A program made the position numbers and the translations under genes. 64,000 nt of DNA from an uncultured bacterium. GTDB taxonomy: Bacteria; Fidelibacterota; Marinisomatia; SCGC-AAA003-L08; D37C17. Of the stretch, positions 56,782 through 64,000 are shown one piece after another. The stretch is taken from the NCBI GenBank assembly GCA_964429875.1, contig CAYSDL010000002.1:5270-69269 (forward strand), read 5' to 3'. The notes beneath the pieces are model-generated. The model worked only from the letters and a program-made list of their open reading frames with translations, did no database searches and had not been told where the DNA came from. Every line of letters begins with the position of its first letter. The stretch's first letter is position 1.

Positions 56782-59235
56782 TTACTTATTGGTTTTTACT
56801 GTTCTTTTAGATCTAATCTTATTATTTTTATTTCTTTTATAATTAAAAATAAGATCAGTTTTTTTACCATTTATTGTTATTGAGGAACCTTCTTTTAAAT
56901 CTCCATTTAAATACTTAATTGAAAGTATATTTTCAATCTGGTTTTGTATGAGTCTACGTAATGGCCTTGCCCCCCATTCTCTGTGTGAACCATTTTGAAG
57001 GAGAATTTTCTTTGCAGATTTATTTACTCTTAGTGAAATATTTTTTTTCTTAAGATTAACTCGTAAATCATTTAACTGAAGATCAATTATTTTATATAGA
57101 TCATCTTGAGATAGAGAATTAAAAATAATTATATCATCAATTCTGTTTAGAAATTCTGATTTAAAGTATTTTTTAATCTCCGTGTTAATTTTCAATTCAG
57201 CATCGTCTGGATTTTGTTTTTTATCTATAAAGCCTATTTTGCTTGAATGTAGTGTTTGAGTACCAATGTTTGAAGTTAAAATAATGATTGTATTTCTAAA
57301 GTCGATATTATGGCCGAGGCTATCAGTAAGTTGTCCTTCATCAAGAATTTGCAATAATATATTAAAAACATCCGAATGAGCCTTTTCTATTTCATCAAAT
57401 AAAACGATCGAATAAGGGTTTCTTCGAACTTTTTCTGATAATTGCCCGCCCTCTTCATATCCAACATATCCTGGAGGAGCACCAATAAGTCTTGAAACAT
57501 TATACCTCTCCATGTACTCAGACATATCAATTTTTATAAGAGAATCTTCACGATCAAACAATGATAATGCCAATTGTTTTGCCAGCTCTGTTTTACCTAC
57601 ACCTGATGGTCCTAAAAATAAAAACGAACCTATTGGATGAGTGGGATTACTAAAACCAGCCCTTGATCTTTGTATTGAATAAACAAGTTTTTCAATGGCA
57701 TTATCTTGTCCAATTATACTTTTTTTAATAAAAGAACCAATTTTTAATAATTTATCTGATTCTTTTTGATTTATTTTTTTTATAGGTATACCAGTCATCA
57801 TTGAAACTGTTTCTGCAACATCAAATTCAGTAATGTTAACAAAATGTTCATCTGAATTTGTATATTCCATCTGAAGGTCATTTAACTTTTCAACCATTTT
57901 TTTTTCTTTATCTCTTATCTTAGCAGCATTTTCAAATTTCTGTTTTGTTATTTCTAATTCTTTTGATTTTTTTATTTTATTAATTTTGTTTTCTAATCGT
58001 AAAATATTTGATGGTATATTTATATTATTAAGGTGAACTTTAGAGCAGACCTCATCCATGACATCGATAGCTTTATCAGGAAGGTGTCTATCTGTTATAT
58101 ATCTTTCACTAAGTTCTACACATGCATTTATTGATTCTTCGGTCAATTTTACTTTATGATGAGCTTCATATCTATCTTTAATACCTCGTAAAATATCTGC
58201 AGTATCATGCATATTAGGTGGATGTACAATTATTTTCTGAAATCGTCTTTCTAAAGCCCCATCACGCTCTACATACTTCTTGTATTCATTTAATGTAGTT
58301 GCTCCTATAATTTGAATATCACCTCTTGCTAAAGCTGGCTTAAACATATTTGCTGCATCAAGGGAACCAGATGCACCACCCGCACCAACGATGGTATGCA
58401 ATTCATCAATAAATAAAATAATATTAGATGAAGTTTCTAATTCTATCATCATCTTTCTCATACGTTCTTCAAATTGACCTCTATATTTTGTTCCAGCTAT
58501 GATTCCTGAAATATCTAAGGCTATAACATTATAGTCCCACAATAATCTAGGAACTTTCTTTTGAAAAATCCTTAATGCAAGGCCCTCGACAATTGCAGTT
58601 TTACCTACTCCAGGCTCACCTATTAAAACAGGATTGTTTTTTTTACGTCTAGATAATATTTGAGAAATTCTTTCAATCTCAACATTCCTACCTACTACAA
58701 TATCCAACTCATTACTTTCGGCCATTTTTGTAATATTTCTTGAGAACATATCTAATGTCGGAGTTGATGTTGATATACTTTTTAATGGTTTTGTTTTTCT
58801 TATATCTATATTTGAATTTATATAAGAAAGAATTATATCATAATCTATTGAAAAGGAATCAAGAACATCTTTTGACAATCCATCTTTTTCTTTACAAATA
58901 GATAATAAAACATCATTTTGAGATGTAGCTTTACCACCTCTTTTTTCAGATTCATTAAATGAGTTTTTTAAAATCCGCTCAGCTCTTCTTGTTAGAGGAA
59001 GATGTCCTAAAGTCGTTGTAGTGTTGGTTGTATTAATAGAGGCTTCAATAAAATTTAACATTTTACTTAAGTCACAACCAACAGTTGATAATGTTGCTGC
59101 TGCATTGCCATTCTTATCTTTTATAATTGCAAGGAGAATATGCTCTGATCCTACATATGTATGACCAAATCTTATTGCTTCTTCTTTTGCATACTTTAAT
59201 AACCTCTGGACGCCTTTTGTATAATTTTCACTCAT
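56782..59235 (-). CDS. clpC: ATP-dependent Clp protease ATP-binding subunit ClpC (Clp/Hsp100, two AAA+ modules)
   Basis: Clp_N repeat ([17 protein letters not shown]). Walker A motifs GEPGVGKTA and GPSGVGKTE. The short middle domain and 817-aa length fit ClpC rather than ClpB. Confidence 0.9.
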   Translation of the reverse strand: MSENYTKGVQRLLKYAKEEAIRFGHTYVGSEHILLAIIKDKNGNAAATLSTVGCDLSKMLNFIEASINTTNTTTTLGHLPLTRRAERILKNSFNESEKRGGKATSQNDVLLSICKEKDGLSKDVLDSFSIDYDIILSYINSNIDIRKTKPLKSISTSTPTLDMFSRNITKMAESNELDIVVGRNVEIERISQILSRRKKNNPVLIGEPGVGKTAIVEGLALRIFQKKVPRLLWDYNVIALDISGIIAGTKYRGQFEERMRKMMIELETSSNIILFIDELHTIVGAGGASGSLDAANMFKPALARGDIQIIGATTLNEYKKYVERDGALERRFQKIIVHPPNMHDTADILRGIKDRYEAHHKVKLTEESINACVELSERYITDRHLPDKAIDVMDEVCSKVHLNNINIPSNILRLENKINKIKKSKELEITKQKFENAAKIRDKEKKMVEKLNDLQMEYTNSDEHFVNITEFDVAETVSMMTGIPIKKINQKESDKLLKIGSFIKKSIIGQDNAIEKLVYSIQRSRAGFSNPTHPIGSFLFLGPSGVGKTELAKQLALSLFDREDSLIKIDMSEYMERYNVSRLIGAPPGYVGYEEGGQLSEKVRRNPYSIVLFDEIEKAHSDVFNILLQILDEGQLTDSLGHNIDFRNTIIILTSNIGTQTLHSSKIGFIDKKQNPDDAELKINTEIKKYFKSEFLNRIDDIIIFNSLSQDDLYKIIDLQLNDLRVNLKKKNISLRVNKSAKKILLQNGSHREWGARPLRRLIQNQIENILSIKYLNGDLKEGSSITINGKKTDLIFNYKRNKNNKIRSKRTVKTNK

Positions 59236-59893
59236 CTTTAATTAATTTTACTTTCATATTATTAATTTCAAAAACTTTATTAGATATTGACCTTATCTTC
59301 ATATCATGTGTTGCTATAATAAAAATTTTATCTAACTCTTCATTTAGTTTAACAAATAATTCTAATATAAGTTTAGAATTTTTTTTATCTAGATTTCCTG
59401 TTGGCTCATCAGCTAAAATAATTTTCGGGTCATTAAGTATAGACCTGATTATTGAAATTCTTTGACATTGGCCAGCTGATAAATTAGAAACATATGATTT
59501 TCTTTTATCAAAAAGCATAAACTTATTTAAATAATAATCTATTTTTTCCCTTGAATTAGAAGTATCATTGCGGGCAATAATAAGAGGAATTCTCAAATTT
59601 TCCTGAACGGTAAATTCAGGCAAAAGACAGTGTGATTGAAAAATATACCCAAAGGTATTTATTCGATGTTTTGCAAAAACTGATTTCACTTTTTTTCCAT
59701 CAACAAGTATATCACCATTATCATGGTTTAATATGCCTCCAATAATTTTCAACAAAGTAGATTTCCCTACACCAGATTCACCTAGGAAACATGCTATATC
59801 TCCTTTATTTAGCGAAAAAGAAGTATTTTTTAAAACATCTATAGTATTTGATTTTGTTTTGAAAGACTTAGAAATATTATTTACTTTGAGCAA
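59228..59893 (-). CDS. lolD: ABC transporter ATP-binding protein (LolD-like)
   Basis: Walker A GESGVGKST, signature LSAGQCQR, Walker B ILADEPTGNLD. It lies immediately downstream of two FtsX-type permease genes. Confidence 0.8.
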   Translation of the reverse strand: MLKVNNISKSFKTKSNTIDVLKNTSFSLNKGDIACFLGESGVGKSTLLKIIGGILNHDNGDILVDGKKVKSVFAKHRINTFGYIFQSHCLLPEFTVQENLRIPLIIARNDTSNSREKIDYYLNKFMLFDKRKSYVSNLSAGQCQRISIIRSILNDPKIILADEPTGNLDKKNSKLILELFVKLNEELDKIFIIATHDMKIRSISNKVFEINNMKVKLIKDE

Positions 59894-61010
59894 AAGCTGA
59901 CTCCTCTCTTTTAAAAAATATAGGGATTGAACTAGATGCCCCTATAAAAAGACTTAAAAATATAATAAAAAATGAAACTGTAGAAACATTTAATTGATTT
60001 GGGAGGATATTAAATGGAAGTGCCTCGAAAAGAAGATTAAACATTCCATACATAGAATTAGCATAGAGTGTTAATTCCGATAGGAAAAAACCAATAATAC
60101 TAAAAATTAAACTAAAAAATACATTAATCTTAATCAAATTTAAATACAAATCAATTTTTCTTAGACCTAGTATATTCAATATAGTAATCTGATGATATTT
60201 TTCAATAATTGATAATGTCATAATCGAAAATAACATTAAAAATGTAACACCTATAATAAAAAATCCTAGAAATGAATATATTTTTTTTTCAAAGTTTATA
60301 GCTGATATTAAAACATTGTTGAAAGATCTATCATTTAATACTTTATAGGAATTAGATAAATCTGAATTAATATCTTCATTTAGATAATAATTAATATTAT
60401 TAACTCCTAAATAAATATCTTTAGTTGAGCTTTCAGATGTTATAACATATCTACTATCATAATCATAAATGCCAAGATTAAAAATACCTGAAACAATCAT
60501 TCTCTTACTTGGTACAAGCCCCGTTGACAAATTAACATCAATAGGTGAAGATAAAAGAACATCATCACCTATGTTTAGATTAAATTCTTCAGCAAGATCA
60601 AGGCCTATTAAAATACAATCTTTTTCAATTTTACTATCAAAATCTATCATATATTTAGATGTAAGATTATTTTTTAAAAATTTATTTAAGTTTTTATAAT
60701 TTTTAACTACTATTGTTGATTGTGAATAATCATTATTCAATATAGAAATTCGTTCAAATCCTTCATTTGTAATAATCTTATCATCGTATAATTTTATCAC
60801 TTCATCATTATTAAGGTTTGAAATATATGTTGAATAATTAAATGCCTTAAATCTTTTAACTATATTATTTTCCATCCCTTCCATTATAGAAAGAGTCATA
60901 AAGATGATATAACTCCCTATTAAGCATGATAATAGTGGAAACAAAAAATAATATCTAAAAGCACCATTTTCAGTCTTAAAAAATACTTTGAATATATAGA
61001 ATGCAATCAT
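59877..61010 (-). CDS. FtsX/MacB-type ABC permease (LolC/LolE-like)
   Basis: Four-TM FtsX architecture with a large periplasmic loop. I place the start at the ATG at 61008-61010 (MIAFYIFKVFF...), 1 nt after the upstream stop. The ORF-track ATG at 61076 overlaps the upstream gene by 65 nt. Confidence 0.75.
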   Translation of the reverse strand: MIAFYIFKVFFKTENGAFRYYFLFPLLSCLIGSYIIFMTLSIMEGMENNIVKRFKAFNYSTYISNLNNDEVIKLYDDKIITNEGFERISILNNDYSQSTIVVKNYKNLNKFLKNNLTSKYMIDFDSKIEKDCILIGLDLAEEFNLNIGDDVLLSSPIDVNLSTGLVPSKRMIVSGIFNLGIYDYDSRYVITSESSTKDIYLGVNNINYYLNEDINSDLSNSYKVLNDRSFNNVLISAINFEKKIYSFLGFFIIGVTFLMLFSIMTLSIIEKYHQITILNILGLRKIDLYLNLIKINVFFSLIFSIIGFFLSELTLYANSMYGMFNLLFEALPFNILPNQLNVSTVSFFIIFLSLFIGASSSIPIFFKREESAFAQSK

Positions 61011-61011
61011 A

Positions 61012-62172
61012 TTAACTTTTAATATCAATGTTGTTACTAGAAAGTGAATTTTTGAACGAAACAACTGTAGATGCAATGGCTATTATAATGATATAAAAAA
61101 ATACTACCAGAAAATCTGACCCATTTATTTCAAATGGAATTTTTTCTGTATAATAAATTTCCTTGGGAATTTCTATTAGTGTGAAATTATTATTTAAAAA
61201 ATTAAACCCGAAATAAATAAATATCGATAGCAATGAACCAATAATAGAAATTATAACATTTTTTATAAGATACAAATATTTTATATCTTTAACATTAAAA
61301 CCCATAATATATAAAATAATATTTTCATCTTTACTTAATGATAAATCTATATATGTAGAAGAAACAATATTAAGCATTGAAATAATCAAAACAAATAACA
61401 ATAAAAACTTTATTGGTATATCATAGGCAAACAACCATTCTGTAAAACTAGAGTGTCTTTGTTTCCAAGATGTAAATTTATAATCTTTAAATAAATTGGA
61501 GATATCAACATTATTGGGCTTATAGCTTGAATTGCGATGACTTAAAACTACCGATGAATTAAAATTACTCTTATTTATAAAATCCTTAACGAAATGAATT
61601 TTTGTGTATATAAGATAGTTATCATAATATGGAATGTTCGTTTTAAATATACCAGAAACTTTAATTTTGAGAAGATTTACTTTATCATTATCCATATTAA
61701 TAAGAAAAACTTCATCATCAATATTAACTTTAAGTTTGCTTGATAGTCCTTCACCAACAATTATACCGTTACCATTAAATTGACCTTCAATAATATATTG
61801 ATTTAATTTAAATACTTCTTGACCAGAATCATCATAAGCGTTCAATAACGAACCTTCACTTGAACCTGAAAACTTTACAAGTATTTCTTGTGTTAATAGA
61901 TTGGTAGATATAATAGATTCATTAATATTATTTTTATCAAAGCTCAGGTTATTTATATTATGTATTCTTCCATAACCATCAATATCTATTATTTTTCTGA
62001 CTATTTGAGATTTAAACCCTTGATTGATTGAAAGGGAGATTAAGATAAATGATAAGGAGCAAACTGTTATAAATATAGATAGAATATTGAGTATTGATCT
62101 AAACTTTGATTTTTTATTCCATGAAAATAAAATTTTTTTTAGTATAAAACAATATTTAGAGACATTACTCAT
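61012..62172 (-). CDS. FtsX/MacB-type ABC permease (LolC/LolE-like), paralogue of the downstream gene
   Basis: N-terminal TM ILNILSIFITVCSLSFILISLSINQGF, a periplasmic domain, and three C-terminal TM segments. Confidence 0.75.
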   Translation of the reverse strand: MSNVSKYCFILKKILFSWNKKSKFRSILNILSIFITVCSLSFILISLSINQGFKSQIVRKIIDIDGYGRIHNINNLSFDKNNINESIISTNLLTQEILVKFSGSSEGSLLNAYDDSGQEVFKLNQYIIEGQFNGNGIIVGEGLSSKLKVNIDDEVFLINMDNDKVNLLKIKVSGIFKTNIPYYDNYLIYTKIHFVKDFINKSNFNSSVVLSHRNSSYKPNNVDISNLFKDYKFTSWKQRHSSFTEWLFAYDIPIKFLLLFVLIISMLNIVSSTYIDLSLSKDENIILYIMGFNVKDIKYLYLIKNVIISIIGSLLSIFIYFGFNFLNNNFTLIEIPKEIYYTEKIPFEINGSDFLVVFFYIIIIAIASTVVSFKNSLSSNNIDIKS

Positions 62173-63658
62173 CTGATCTCATTGCAGGAAAAAGAATGAC
62201 ATCCTTTATACTATCCTGAGAGGTTAATATCATAACCAGTCTATCAATACCCAAGCCAACGCCTCCAGTTGGGGGCATACCATATTCAATAGCTTGTAAA
62301 AAGTTTTCATCTAATACTTGAGCCTCATCATCACCTAGATCTCTATACTTTGATTGTTCTTCTAATCTAGATCTTTGATCAATAGGGTCATTAAGCTCTG
62401 AAAAAGCATTAGCAATTTCCATTCCGCCTATAAATAGTTCGAATCTTTCTACTAGATATTCATCATTTAATTTCTTTTTAGCCAAAGGAGAGATTTCAAT
62501 TGGATAATTTATTATATATGTTGGTTGTATTAAATGAGGTTCGACAAAATATCCAAATGCTTTATCTATTAATTTTCCACGATTTGATTTTTTATCAATT
62601 TTTACTTTAGATTTTACTAATAATTTAAATATTTCATCATCATGCATATTTCTAATATCACACTTAGCTTTTTTATTTAATATTGTAAAAAAATCAAATA
62701 TTTTAAATTTTTTATCAAAATTAATTAGATTTGACTTATAATGAGTTTTCATTGTTTTATCTACTTTACTAGAGACTTCTTTAATTAAACTTTCAGTTAG
62801 TTGCATCATTTCAGTAACATCAGAGTAGGATTCATAAAATTCTAACATTGTAAATTCTGGATTATGGCTTTTATCCATCCCCTCATTTCTAAAGTTTTTT
62901 GCTATTTCATACACTTTATCAAAACCGCCAACTATTAATCTTTTTAAATATAATTCATCGGCAATTCTTAAATATAAATTTTGTTCTAAAGTATTATGAT
63001 AAGTTTTAAATGGTTTAGCATTAGCTCCTCCATAAATATTTTGAAGAACTGGAGTTTCTACTTCAATGTAATCGTTTTTATTTAGATAATTTCTTATTCC
63101 ATTAATAATTTCACTTCTCAAAATGAATACTTCTTTGATATCAGGATTAGCAATAAGATCTAAATGTCTATTTCTGTATCTTTGCTCTTTATCATCGAAT
63201 GAAAAGAAAACTTTGCCATCTTTTTCTTTCAAATTAGGAAGAGGTCTAATACTTTTGGACAGCATTATATATTTGTTGACTTTAATTGACAGTTCTTTAG
63301 TTTTAGTATAAAACACTTCACCATTACATCCTACAATATCACCTATATCTGACTTACGAACAGTTGAGTCATAAGCATCATTAATTACGTTGTCTTTCTT
63401 AACATATAATTGAAGCTTGTTCGATTTATCTTGAATATTAATAAATGAAACTTTCCCCATCTTTCTAAATGATATGATTCTACCAGCTAAACTAACATTC
63501 TTGCCAATTAATTTTTTCTTATTATCAATAACATCAGATATATGATGTGATCTATCAAACTTAAAAGGGTATGGATTTATAGAAGAGTCTTTAATATCAT
63601 TAAGTTTTTCTATTCTATTTTTCATAATTTGCTTTAAGCTTTGTTGATTATTTGACAT
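62165..63658 (-). CDS. lysS: Lysine--tRNA ligase (class II)
   Basis: OB-fold N-domain. FRNEGMDKSHNPEFTMLEFY (motif 2 region). GGVGLGIDRLVMILT (motif 3). Confidence 0.95.
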   Translation of the reverse strand: MSNNQQSLKQIMKNRIEKLNDIKDSSINPYPFKFDRSHHISDVIDNKKKLIGKNVSLAGRIISFRKMGKVSFINIQDKSNKLQLYVKKDNVINDAYDSTVRKSDIGDIVGCNGEVFYTKTKELSIKVNKYIMLSKSIRPLPNLKEKDGKVFFSFDDKEQRYRNRHLDLIANPDIKEVFILRSEIINGIRNYLNKNDYIEVETPVLQNIYGGANAKPFKTYHNTLEQNLYLRIADELYLKRLIVGGFDKVYEIAKNFRNEGMDKSHNPEFTMLEFYESYSDVTEMMQLTESLIKEVSSKVDKTMKTHYKSNLINFDKKFKIFDFFTILNKKAKCDIRNMHDDEIFKLLVKSKVKIDKKSNRGKLIDKAFGYFVEPHLIQPTYIINYPIEISPLAKKKLNDEYLVERFELFIGGMEIANAFSELNDPIDQRSRLEEQSKYRDLGDDEAQVLDENFLQAIEYGMPPTGGVGLGIDRLVMILTSQDSIKDVILFPAMRSDE

Positions 63659-64000
63659 TTTTCTCCATATTAGTTAATAAATATTTTCTAATAAAATTGT
63701 TTATATCTCCATCTAAAACTTGATTTATATTTGATGTTTCCCATTTAGTACGATGATCTTTTATCATATTATACGGATGAAAAACGTATGATCTAATTTG
63801 GCTTCCCCAAGAAATATCTGATTTAGTATTATTTAATTTAGTTTTTTCACTATTAATTTCATCTAATTTCAACTGATATAATTTAGAACTAAGAATTTTT
63901 ATTGCAATATTCTTATTTTTAAGTTGACTTCTTTGGTTTTGGCATTGAACTACAAGACCTGTTGGAAGATGCGTTATTCTGACAGCACTATCAGTTTTAT
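63648..64000 (-). CDS. prfB: Peptide chain release factor 2, 3'-portion (gene continues beyond the window end)
   Basis: The frame is open to nt 64000. Hand translation upstream of the ORF-track start gives KTDSAVRITHLPTGLVVQCQNQRSQLKNKNIAIKILSSKLYQL, followed by SWGSQIRSYVFHPYNMIKDHRT. Confidence 0.9.
   Translation of the reverse strand, partial: KTDSAVRITHLPTGLVVQCQNQRSQLKNKNIAIKILSSKLYQLKLDEINSEKTKLNNTKSDISWGSQIRSYVFHPYNMIKDHRTKWETSNINQVLDGDINNFIRKYLLTNMEKNVK

Noticed and set aside
61011-61076. A 65-nt overlap between the two Lol-type permease genes, implied by the ORF-track start at 61076.
   Set aside because: The internal ATG at 61008-61010 begins the conserved N-terminal TM region and sits 1 nt after the upstream stop. 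The extension is probably not translated.

Overview
The window is AT-rich (about 30% G+C by eye, not computed) and very gene-dense. I call about 60 protein-coding genes, many with overlapping stop and start codons. I could not recognise any rRNA, tRNA, CRISPR array, transposase or prophage. The gene content indicates a diderm bacterium: LolCDE, a beta-barrel outer membrane protein, lipoproteins and a BatA-type N-terminus. A C10 peptidase and a GGGP-synthase homologue make an uncultured marine FCB-superphylum lineage plausible, but that is a low-confidence inference. Most of the window is housekeeping. On the + strand: msrB, sdaA, gpmA, xerD, ftcD, mutL, yajC, fmt, rsmB, rpe, hflX and cutA. On the - strand, a nearly gapless run from 64000 down to 41118: prfB, lysS, lolE/C/D, clpC, dnaK, efp, accB, accC, gcvH, gcvPA, a pcrB-like gene, leuS, dcp, an outer membrane protein and a class III cyclase. 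The standout is an accessory-looking region at 1-15 kb plus one gene at 34.3 kb. Six otherwise unrelated secreted proteins all end in the same two-segment dockerin-like Ca-loop/helix module. Their cargo domains are a multi-module beta-helix, a short beta-helix/FN3-like protein, a plant-type LRR, a C10 protease with PKD, a BNR/Asp-box propeller and a DUF1028 Ntn-hydrolase. No cohesin partner is visible in the window. I read this as a non-cellulolytic cohesin-dockerin-type display system, or a new C-terminal sorting system. Other items worth a second look are listed here.
- A GC-enriched structured-RNA candidate in the hflX-cutA spacer.
- A kinase-less PASTA protein sitting exactly where PrkC sits in the Firmicute fmt-rsmB-prkC-rpe locus.
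- A GGGP-synthase (archaeal-type ether lipid) homologue translationally coupled to gcvPA.
- Two lipoprotein-like genes whose signal peptides lie upstream of any canonical start codon.
- Mutually exclusive hairpins in the csp leader.
- An unlisted 40-aa membrane ORF coupled to ftcD.
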